From Dehalococcoidia bacterium (GTDB taxonomy: Bacteria > Chloroflexota > Dehalococcoidia > Lucifugimonadales > UBA3495), in NCBI GenBank assembly GCA_965216025.1, contig CBDCEX010000018.1, forward strand, positions 7,808 through 71,807: a stretch of 64,000 bases of DNA, in the 5' to 3' direction. Positions 8,429 to 16,803 of the stretch are shown here, in pieces. Positions within the stretch are counted from its first letter, which is position 1. Every line of letters begins with the position of its first letter. The translations under genes were made by a program, and so were the position numbers. The notes beneath the pieces are model-generated. The model ran no database searches. It was not told the DNA's origin and saw only the letters and a program-made list of their open reading frames with translations.

Positions 8429-9478
8429 CTAAACCAAAGCCAAGGTGGGAACTACATTTTGCAACGATGGCAAAGGCACGGCAGGTGTAAACATCAATGC
8501 GTCGGCTCTGGCCTGTAACAGGGTTCGGCAGCGATGTCTCACTTCATCGTTACGGTGTGTTAGCCCGTCGAAGAATGCGTTCATCTTCTCTTGGACTTGG
8601 GCTTTTGTTCCCAGGCATTCGTTGGCCGTGACCTCTGCCCTGGCCCAATCCCAGATGGCTTCGTCAGCATTGAAGTCTGGGCTGTAGGCTGGCAAGGCTA
8701 CCAACCTCAGATGCAAGTCAGGAGTGGCCAGATAGCTGCGAATCGCTTCTCCTCGGTGGGCTGGACCATTGTCCCAAATCACTACCAGAAGTCCAGGATG
8801 GTTTTCTCGTAGCTGCTGTAAAAAGGCGGTGGAGGTCTCGGCATTGCTGTTTCCAGCTATTTCCATGGCTTCCACCTCCCCACTCTCCAGACAAACTCCC
8901 GAGTAATAGCAGGCCTTCTCTCCCCACCGGGGACTGGTGGAGTCCACCAAAGCAGGCTGACCTCGCAACACCCATTTCCCCCTCAGGTCGGCATCGGCCC
9001 GAAAGTGGGCTTCGTCCACGAAGAAGATCTTGGCCCCACTCTCTTGGGCCTCCTCTCGGATTTGGCGGTACTGGATAATAAAGGCTTTCCGCTCTTCATC
9101 CTTAGCCTTCAAGAGGCGTTTCTTGGGCCGCTTCAGCACAAAGCCCAGCCGGTGTAGGTAGTTCAAGCAGCTGCTCCGACTGAGCCCCAGATCAAAACTC
9201 CTCTTGAGAAATTGCCTCACTACTTTCCAATTCCAGTTGGACAATTCAATTCCCGCCTCCCCAGGCGGATTTAGCACCGCGGACTTCAGTTGGTCCTGTT
9301 GCCCGGCGTTCAGGGCGGGGGGGGGGAGGACATCCAGTGTGTTCAAAGACCAAACCCTGGGCCCCGGCTCGGCGAAAGTTGGCCAGCCAGTTTCCAATGG
9401 TATGAGGCTCTCTCTCCAAAGCCCCGCAGCAGGTCGCCCAAGGCGTTGTTTGCATTCGGGTTCCGTCTGGCGCGGCAT
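8429..9478 (-). CDS. IS630-family transposase; N-terminal HTH lies in other frames
   Basis: DDE_3 core FFVDEAHF...VIWDNGPAHRG...LPAYSPDFNADEAIW. The HTH part (IGNWLANFRRAGAQGL) is in another frame across a G10 run at 9317-9326. The element is about 8432-9560, with the end aaccaaagccaaggtgg preceded by TA. Confidence 0.85.
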   Translation of the reverse strand: MPRQTEPECKQRLGRPAAGLWRESLIPLETGWPTFAEPGPRVWSLNTLDVLPPPALNAGQQDQLKSAVLNPPGEAGIELSNWNWKVVRQFLKRSFDLGLSRSSCLNYLHRLGFVLKRPKKRLLKAKDEERKAFIIQYRQIREEAQESGAKIFFVDEAHFRADADLRGKWVLRGQPALVDSTSPRWGEKACYYSGVCLESGEVEAMEIAGNSNAETSTAFLQQLRENHPGLLVVIWDNGPAHRGEAIRSYLATPDLHLRLVALPAYSPDFNADEAIWDWARAEVTANECLGTKAQVQEKMNAFFDGLTHRNDEVRHRCRTLLQARADALMFTPAVPLPSLQNVVPTLALV

Positions 9479-9579
9479 ACTTTCCCAATCAACCTTTCAG
9501 GCCGCCGTGGAATGGCAGTGCGTAAGTCCTGCCCCACAGACTAACGTTGGGCTTCTTTTGCTCACTGGCTGAACCAAGG

Positions 9580-9894
9580 CTATCTCGCAGCGTGGGTCGT
9601 CACAGCGTCCAGCCGTTGCGCCAAACGGTCCTCGGCCACTTCAAGGTCGTATTGGCTCTGCAACCCCATCCAGAACGCGGCGGAGTTTCCGAAGAAGCGC
9701 GAAAATAGCAGTGCCGTCTCTGCTGTGATAGATCGCTCCCCGTGGACGATGGAGTGAATCCGGCGCGGGTCCACGCCTATGGCCTTGGCCAGACGGTACT
9801 GGGTGACCTTCATCGGGAGCAGAAACTCTTCGTGGAGAATCTCTCCAGGATGAATGGGGGGCATTTTCTCTGCTATTTCGTTCCTGTCTTCCAT
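9580..9894 (-). CDS. higA: HigA-family antitoxin (XRE HTH)
   Basis: PIHPGEILHEEFLLPMKVTQYRLAKAIGVDPRRIHSIVHGERSITAETALLFSRFFG is the classic HigA pattern. Confidence 0.85.
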   Translation of the reverse strand: MEDRNEIAEKMPPIHPGEILHEEFLLPMKVTQYRLAKAIGVDPRRIHSIVHGERSITAETALLFSRFFGNSAAFWMGLQSQYDLEVAEDRLAQRLDAVTTHAAR

Positions 9895-9906
9895 GGCAAC
9901 CCCTTC

Positions 9907-10188
9907 TCAGTGGTAGTCCACTATCTCGACCTGATAGGCGTTTCCCTCGCTCCAGACAAAGCAGATGCGCCATCGGTCGTTGATACGGATACTGTGCTGC
10001 CCGATTCTTTCTCCCGAAAGAAGCTCCAGCCGGTTCCCCGGAGGCGTTCTCAAGTCATTGATGCTGCTGGCGTTGTTTAGAATCATCAGCTTTCTCTGCG
10101 CCCGGCGCTGAATGTTGTGGGGGAACTTGTTGACCCGGCGACGCTCGGCGACTGCTAGGGTGTCCCTGTCCCGGTAGCTCCGGATCAC
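9907..10188 (-). CDS. higB: HigB/RelE-family toxin (plasmid maintenance system killer)
   Basis: GTG start at 10188 gives MIRSYRDRDT...LRTPPGNRLELLSGERIGQHSIRINDRWRICFVWSEGNAYQVEIVDYH. This is the C-terminal part of ORF 9907..10530. Confidence 0.8.
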   Translation of the reverse strand: MIRSYRDRDTLAVAERRRVNKFPHNIQRRAQRKLMILNNASSINDLRTPPGNRLELLSGERIGQHSIRINDRWRICFVWSEGNAYQVEIVDYH

Positions 10189-10197
10189 AATTATATG

Positions 10198-10214
10198 ATA
10201 GTGCGATGCACTAT
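10198..10214. promoter_or_regulatory. 7-bp-arm palindrome in the higB / DUF262-gene divergent intergenic region (candidate HigA operator)
   Basis: atagtgc-gat-gcactat lies 10 bp upstream of the higB start. Confidence 0.4.
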
Positions 10215-10281
10215 TAGTGTCAATCGCCAACAGAGTCGCTAAACTATCAGCGTACGTCCTTGGGCAAATTGGAGGAGTAAA

Positions 10282-12075
10282 GTGACTATTCCCCGTTACT
10301 CGGTAAACCAGTACCAAGTCGATACCCTCCTGACTTGGATAAAGACCGACCACCTTGCTATCCCCGAGATTCAGCGTCCCTTCGTCTGGAACGGTGCAAA
10401 GGTGCGGGATTTCATCGATTCCCTGTACAGGGGTTATCCCGTTGGGTATCTCATCGCCTGGCAAAATCCTGCCGTTCGGCTGAAGGATGGGACTCTTTCC
10501 GCAGGCAAGCGCATCTTGATCGACGGCCAACAGCGGGTAACTGCCCTGCTGACCGCCTTGCTTGGGAACCAGGTGATAACCAGAGACTATAGGCGAGCGC
10601 GTATCTCAATAGCCTTTCATCCCGGAGAGGAACGTTTCGAGGTGACGAATGCTGCTATCCAGCGGGATAGGGGATGGATTACGGATATTGCAAGCGTCTT
10701 TGCACCGGAAGCCTGGATGACCAAGATTGTAGAGGAGTACTGCGACGCAAATCCCGATTATTCCAAACGCGAAATTGACGAGCGTATGCGAAAACTTTCC
10801 GGAATCCGGCAGAATACCCTCGGTCTCATCGAGTTGAACGCCGAACTAGATGTCGATGCGGTCGCAGAGATATTCGTGCGCATCAACTCCCAGGGCGTAA
10901 CCTTGAATGAGGCGGACTTTGCAATGTCCAAGATGGCCGCCAGTGAACAGTACGACGGGCACTTGCTACGAAAGTGCGTCGACTACTTCTGCCATCTGGC
11001 AGTAGCTCCTGAGGCATATGGCGACCTTGCTCGAGATCATGACTTTGTCTCGACAGACTACTTTCGCGCCATGGAGTGGCTGAAAGACGAAAAGGATGAC
11101 CTCTACAACCCCTCATACGTTGACATGCTTCGCGTGGCATTCATATCGAAGTTCAAGCGCGGGCGCATGGCAGACTTGGTCGCTCTACTATCAGGCCGCA
11201 ATTTCGCTGCACGCACGTTTGAAGAGAGCATAGCGGAGGAGTCTTTCAAGAAGCTCGACGGCGGCATCCGGAGCTTTATGAATGAAACCAACTTCAAACG
11301 GTTCGTCATGGTCCTGCGTTCCGCAGGGTTCGTGGATTCATCGCTGATCAGGTCTCAGAACACCGTCAATTTCGCCTACGTCCTCTTCTTGACACTTCGC
11401 GCACAAGGGGAGTCACCACAGCTGATCGAGACGCTGGTGCGCCGGTGGTTCGTGATGTCAGTCCTGACGAGTAGATACACCAACTCGCCGGAAACAGCCT
11501 TTGGTGTCGATATTGCGAACCTCGATAGTCATGGTGCAGCAAAGTATCTCGACAGCATTGAACGAGCGGACCTATCGGACGCCTTTTGGGGAGTGGGATT
11601 GCCACAGCAGATGGACACCTCGGTGGCCAGTAGCCCCTATTTCAACGTCTTTCTCGCAAGTCAGGTTAAGGCGAACAACAAGGGGTTCCTGTCGCGCGAC
11701 CTTACCGTGCGCGATCTTCTTGAAGGCCAGTGGAATGTGCACCATGTTTTTCCGAGAAGTTATTTGCAAAAAAATGGCCTCCAGCGTGGCCGCTACAATC
11801 AGATTGCCAACTATGTAATCATGCAGAGCGAGATCAACATCGCAATCGGGGCGCAGCCGCCCGCAACCTACTTTTCCAACCTGCTGGAGCAATGCAGAAC
11901 CGGAGTGACTCGCTACGGAGGAATAATCGATTCCGACCAATTGCAGGAGAATCTTGCTGTTCACTGCATCCCTGGCGGCATGGAATCGGCAAGCGTCGAA
12001 GGTTACGATGAGTTTCTCCAGGAACGTAGGAAACTGATGGCAACCAAGATAAGAAGATACTACAGCACGCTGTGA
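10282..12075 (+). CDS. GmrSD-like DUF262/DUF1524 protein (type IV restriction-type nuclease)
   Basis: N-terminal DUF262 motifs IPEIQRPFVW and DGQQRVTAL. C-terminal DUF1524 His-Me motif HHVFPRS...NYVIMQSEINIAIG. GGAGGAG RBS before the GTG start. Confidence 0.8.
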   Translation: MTIPRYSVNQYQVDTLLTWIKTDHLAIPEIQRPFVWNGAKVRDFIDSLYRGYPVGYLIAWQNPAVRLKDGTLSAGKRILIDGQQRVTALLTALLGNQVITRDYRRARISIAFHPGEERFEVTNAAIQRDRGWITDIASVFAPEAWMTKIVEEYCDANPDYSKREIDERMRKLSGIRQNTLGLIELNAELDVDAVAEIFVRINSQGVTLNEADFAMSKMAASEQYDGHLLRKCVDYFCHLAVAPEAYGDLARDHDFVSTDYFRAMEWLKDEKDDLYNPSYVDMLRVAFISKFKRGRMADLVALLSGRNFAARTFEESIAEESFKKLDGGIRSFMNETNFKRFVMVLRSAGFVDSSLIRSQNTVNFAYVLFLTLRAQGESPQLIETLVRRWFVMSVLTSRYTNSPETAFGVDIANLDSHGAAKYLDSIERADLSDAFWGVGLPQQMDTSVASSPYFNVFLASQVKANNKGFLSRDLTVRDLLEGQWNVHHVFPRSYLQKNGLQRGRYNQIANYVIMQSEINIAIGAQPPATYFSNLLEQCRTGVTRYGGIIDSDQLQENLAVHCIPGGMESASVEGYDEFLQERRKLMATKIRRYYSTL

Positions 12076-12225
12076 GAATCCGTTCCCAGGGTGGCTTCCG
12101 CGTGTCCTCTACTACGGTGACAGTCGAAACCTCAATGTGGGCGTGCTCCCTCCCTGATAGCTTCTTTCCAGGGAGAGAGCTTTGAGGCGCTGAACGCCCA
12201 CCTGGAGCGTCGCTGCCTGGCGCGA

Positions 12226-12903
12226 ATGGATGCCAGGTTGAGGGGCCACTCAGAGAGCATAGGTCAACGGATGGAACGGGACCTGGAGGCCCTGCTGCCT
12301 CTGCCCGAGGCACCCTATGACGCCTGCGAGAAGCAGGCGGGCCGGGTGAGTTCGCTGTCACTGGTCCGGTACAGGACCAACGATTACTCGACGCCGGTGG
12401 TCTACGGGCACCGAGCCGTTCTGGTAAAAGGCTACGTGGACCGGGTGGTCATCAGTTGCGGGTCCGAGGTCATCGCCCGCCATCACCGCTCCTACCAGCG
12501 GGATGATTTTGTGTTCGACCCCGTCCACTACCTGCCCCTGCTCGAGCAGAAGACGGCGGCCCTGGACCAGGCCGCTCCCCTCCGGGGATGGGATATTCCC
12601 GAGGAGTTTGCCACGCTGCGGCGCCTGCTGGAGTCCCGCATGGGACGAAGGGGCAAGCGGGAGTTCGTCCAGGTGCTCCGGCTATTCGAGCATTTTTCGC
12701 CTGGGGAGGTCCACGCCGCGGTTCGGGATGCCCTCCGGCTGGGGGCTTTGAGCTTCGACGCGGTGAAGCATCTGGTGCTCTGCCGGCTGGAGGGCCGGCC
12801 GCCCCGCCTCGACCTGGAACTCTATCCCTACCTGCCCCGGGTACGGGTCAGCATCACTTCCGCCGGGGATTACATGACATTGCTGTCGGGGAGGGCGGCA
12901 TGA
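12226..12903 (+). pseudogene. istA: IS21 IstA transposase, C-terminal fragment
   Basis: SFEALNAHLERRCLARMDARLRGH...LVRYRTNDYSTPV...FVFDPVHYLPLLEQKTAALDQAAPL matches IstA C-termini. The HTH and DDE parts are absent. Confidence 0.8.
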
Positions 12904-13455
12904 ACAGCCGGTCCACGCTGCTGCTGGAACACCATCTGAAGGAACTGAAGCTGCCCAGCTTCTTCCGGGAATACGGGAAGATGGCGGCCCAGTGCGCCGC
13001 CGAGGGAGTGGACCACCCCCAGTACCTGCTCAGGCTCGCCGAGTTGGAACTCATTGATCGCCACCAGCGCATGGTGGAGCGGCGGATCCGGTCCGCCCGC
13101 TTCCCCGCCGTCAAGACCTTCGACACCTTCGACTTTACGGCCATCCCGTCGGTGAACAAGGCGCTGGTGATGGAACTGGCACGTTGCGAATACGTACAGC
13201 GCCGGGAGAATATCATCGCCGTCGGCAACAGCGGCACCGGCAAGACCCACATCGCCCTGGGACTGGGCCTGGCCGCCTGCCAGCGCGGGATGTCGGTGGG
13301 CTTCACCACCGCCGCCGCCCTGGTCCACGAGCTGATGGAGGCCCGGGATGAAAGACGCCTGCTCAACCTCCAGAGACAACTTTCCCGCCTCAGCCTGCTG
13401 ATCATCGACGAGTTGGGCTTCGTCCCCCTGTCCCCCACCGGGGCGGAACTGCTCT
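12900..13455 (+). pseudogene. istB: IS21 IstB helper ATPase, 3'-truncated
   Basis: ATG at 12900 overlaps the istA stop. LKLPSF..., Walker A GNSGTGKTH, and Walker B LLIIDELGF. Homology ends after PTGAELLF. Confidence 0.8.
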
Positions 13456-13916
13456 TCGCCCATCTTTGGCACATGGACGTGGCCAAGCGCTTGTGCCAGG
13501 CCGATCCCGGATTGTTCCAAGCTACCAGGCATCAGGTAGTAGACCTCAACGCCCCGGACGAGCTTGAGGCCATACGCTGGTGGGACGAACTGACGGGCAA
13601 GGGCGGAGAGGGTATGGTAGTGAAGCCTATGGACTTTATCGCCACCGGGAAGCGGGGCATGGTGCAGCCCGCCATGAAGTGCCGGGGCCCCGAGTACCTG
13701 CGCATCATCTACGGGCCGGAGTACACTCTGCGGGAGAACATAGAACGCCTGCGGAATCGCGGCCTCTCCACGAAGCGGTCGCTGGCACTTCGGGAGTTTG
13801 CATTGGGTGTAGAAGGGCTCAGGCGTTTTGTCGAGGGAGAGCCTCTCTACCGGGTACATGAGTGCGCCTTCGCTGTGCTTGCCCTGGAAAGCGAGCCGGT
13901 TGACTCCAGGCTATGA
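13456..13916 (+). pseudogene. pnkp: C-terminal fragment of a polynucleotide kinase-phosphatase (Pnkp) ligase-like domain, fused in frame to truncated istB
   Basis: GEGMVVKP...KCRGPEYLRIIYGPEYT...RSLALREFALGVEGLRRFVEGEPLYRVHECAFAVLALESEPVDSRL matches my recollection of bacterial Pnkp C-termini. No Hen1 gene follows. Confidence 0.55.
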
Positions 13917-15057
13917 GAGCCAGCACGGCGAGTGGGCCGCCAAGACGCTCCATGGACACCGGAGGGGAAAGCGCCACAACCCCCGCAACCCAGACAGACC
14001 ATGACATATTGGAATCCGAGCTGGCTTGTTTCCGTGCGGTTTTCTGTTCCAAAACCATTATCCCAGATTCAGAGGAGCACCCTCTGGCTTCTTCAAGGAC
14101 TGTTCCCAAGGCCGTCCCTCGGTGGATTCGGACTAAGCCGCCCCCGCGAGCTTGGCGTTACTCCGTGGATGGCCAATGCGTACACCCTCAGGCCGTAGCG
14201 GCCCAACACTGGTGAGACGGCGGTAGAGCATAAGTTCAAGGAGTCGGTAGAGTGAGCTGGGCATCTAGTGAAGTTGTTACTGTTATAAACTTTCTCCTCC
14301 CAGGTCTTGTAGCCGCGGTCATCTTTGCCTCACTAACTTCTAGCTGCGGATACGCGGGAAATTCCTGCTCTGATGGCAGGAGCCTCCGTCGATGCCTTAC
14401 CCGGTCCTTTCGGTTTCTGCTATTCTCTGAACTCGGTCTACCAGAATGATGGAGATAGGGAAGTTCGCTTGACCCTCGAAACGCACTCCCATTAGTGAGG
14501 GAACCAGCATCCGCCGTCGTCAGCCAAAGAACAGAGGATAAGGAATAGGGAGATTTGCATGGACGAGATGAGCATCCAGGAGGGCATAGACTATATTCGT
14601 GGGAAGTTCAAAGGGGCTGGAGGCTATGCTCGCCATTACAATCAGCACGTTTGATCATGCTGACAAGGAATTCCTTAGAGAACGATTCAATGATTTAGTG
14701 AACACAGCCACCCGATTCAACATCGAGGCTAACGTATTGGACAAATCAACTCCGCATACCGAGCTGTTTTATCGCGGAGTCACAGACGCCGTAGAGGGCG
14801 TCACGAACTACTTCAATAAAGGCTCTGAAGAAGAAAGTTCTTAAGCAGACAACTCCGGCATCTTAGAGCCGTGGATGGACAGGTCACTGGCCAATAACGT
14901 CCTCAACCTTGCGACAGCATCCTCGCCTAAACCGAACAAATCTTGCACAATTACTGGCAGAAGTGCCGGGACTCTCACTTAACTCCGCCTTGATTCTGTC
15001 CAACTAACCGGGTCAACCTCAGTCGTGTCACAATCGTGGGACAGCGAGGCTAAGTAA

Positions 15058-15144
15058 GCTCACAGAGCCCCCAGCCACATCTCGAAGATGGTTCTGTCTA
15101 TCGTCAAAATAGGCCCACCTAACTGGACGAAATCAAGAACCTTC
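15058..15144 (-). repeat. 87-bp repeat unit, right copy of the inverted pair
   Basis: Reverse complement of 5381-5467. The outer 33 bp has 1 mismatch, the central ~23 bp is diverged, and the inner part is again conserved. Confidence 0.7.
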
Positions 15145-15342
15145 ATTCGCAAGACACAATAGCAACGGAAAACTGAGGTACTCATGGACGGTCGATTTGG
15201 AGGCAGGTGGTAGGTAAAACAGATCGACAATAGCTGACCGGTCCGATTCTTCTCAGTTGGACCGTGCGGTGCGAATGTTGGTTTCTACGGTTCTCTCTGG
15301 GTTGATCCTCATGGCCAATCCATCCGCCACGGTGTTTAACCG

Positions 15343-16803
15343 TCAAGGAATAACCAATGCGCTGGTTCCGCGTTCGCCCAGGGACCGGTACTCTTGGAAT
15401 TCATCGTTTTTCCCGTCCCTGAAGTGGCTCCTCACTTCCCACGCCCAACCCAATCTCATTCCGAACATTTGCGAGCATCTCTCGATTACGTTTCGCGGTG
15501 CTGTCAGAACCCATCCGGTAGCTGGTGGAAGTCCCATGATGGACGTAGCGGATAGACCGTCCGACCAGTCACTCCATGTGGCTATGAGCCCATCCGCGCT
15601 CTCATAGTCTACGGAATATTGGCGGCAAACCGCGTGGATCCGCTGATTAGATAGAGCATCTGATGGGCATTGGATTTCCCTAATGCCTCGCCAAGCTTGC
15701 CACGACATCAATGCCACCGGATGCGCCGTGCCTGAACACGAGAATATTGACCAGTCACCAATCTGTGCGAACCTGTTGTCGACTGAAACCACGCCTTCAA
15801 ACCGCAGAGGAGATGCCCGCTGATTTACCCTAGCGCGACTCCGGCGAATGGCGTCCAACACCTCTTCAGTGCTGGGCCGTAGTGGTCCGTTGGCTTGCTG
15901 GAAAAAGGAACGAACCTCCAAGTCGTGTTGCGTTTGGCCGGACTGAAAAATGCATCCGCTCGCTGCAATGACCACCTTCGTGCGTGAGTCCCATGCATTC
16001 GCCGCATCATTCGCTTTTTGGATAGCGGCGGCAATTTGGGTGTCTATTGAGTCTGGATCCCCCTCTGTTTCTAGGTTCGGCCACCATTCCGGCTTGGCAG
16101 CAGATTTGACCTGCCATAAACCTAAATCGACGGGGGAGACGAAGGCGGCCATGTGCTGTATTAGCTCCCCTGGAATGCCGTGGATTGATTCGGCCGACGC
16201 GAGAGTACGCAGGTAAGCGGATGCCGTAATCTCGTCTGACCGTGTGTACCAGCCGGGATGAAAACCTTCCTGGAGTGTCCCTGCGAGTCTTGAGGCGCGG
16301 GTCGGCGACTCGCCGTGCAACTCGCGCAGTTTCGCGCGTTCAAACTCGAACTGTCGGGTAAGGGACGAATGGAAATCGTTATCATATAGCCTTAGAGTCT
16401 GTACCAAGCCTTGTCGTAATCCTCTTGCTGTCGTCTCGCGATCTTCGTCAGGAGGGTGCCAATGTGCTGGCGGCAAGCCGAAGTACCGTGCCGAAGTCGT
16501 GGCATCGGCATACGATGGATCGTAGTGGCTCATAAACAGATCAGACAGTACCGACCTCGCACGACATGTCTCGGCCAACTCCTGCGTGTCTACCGGCAGT
16601 ACATTTGTCAACTCCTTCACTCTCAGGAAAGGGAGGATGCCCGTACAGGCTCGGCTCTCAAGTTCTTGGCGGCCTATCCATGCCAGAAGCGCTTTGCAAA
16701 CACCCTGACGTCCTTCGCCGATAAGTTCCGCAATTTGAGCCGCCGTCCGTTCTCGGACCAAAGCGGCCGGCCAACGCAGGCGGTCCACCAACAGATCTAT
16801 CAT
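15343..16803 (-). CDS. hypothetical protein, translationally coupled partner of the STAND NTPase
   Basis: 486-aa ORF whose ATG overlaps the upstream stop (ATGA at 16800-16803). Balanced coding-like composition. No motif recognised. Confidence 0.7.
   Translation of the reverse strand: MIDLLVDRLRWPAALVRERTAAQIAELIGEGRQGVCKALLAWIGRQELESRACTGILPFLRVKELTNVLPVDTQELAETCRARSVLSDLFMSHYDPSYADATTSARYFGLPPAHWHPPDEDRETTARGLRQGLVQTLRLYDNDFHSSLTRQFEFERAKLRELHGESPTRASRLAGTLQEGFHPGWYTRSDEITASAYLRTLASAESIHGIPGELIQHMAAFVSPVDLGLWQVKSAAKPEWWPNLETEGDPDSIDTQIAAAIQKANDAANAWDSRTKVVIAASGCIFQSGQTQHDLEVRSFFQQANGPLRPSTEEVLDAIRRSRARVNQRASPLRFEGVVSVDNRFAQIGDWSIFSCSGTAHPVALMSWQAWRGIREIQCPSDALSNQRIHAVCRQYSVDYESADGLIATWSDWSDGLSATSIMGLPPATGWVLTAPRNVIERCSQMFGMRLGWAWEVRSHFRDGKNDEFQEYRSLGERGTSALVIP

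Larger units (their letters stand above)
12085..13455 (+). mobile_element. IS21-family remnant (3' part of istA plus 5' two-thirds of istB), truncated at both ends
   Basis: See the istA and istB fragments below. No terminal repeats remain. Confidence 0.75.

Noticed and set aside
12588-13916. 442-aa ORF offered by the track as a single protein
   Set aside because: It is a chimera. The N-terminal part is an out-of-frame read across istA. The middle is truncated IstB starting at the ATG at 12900. The tail is a Pnkp C-terminal fragment.
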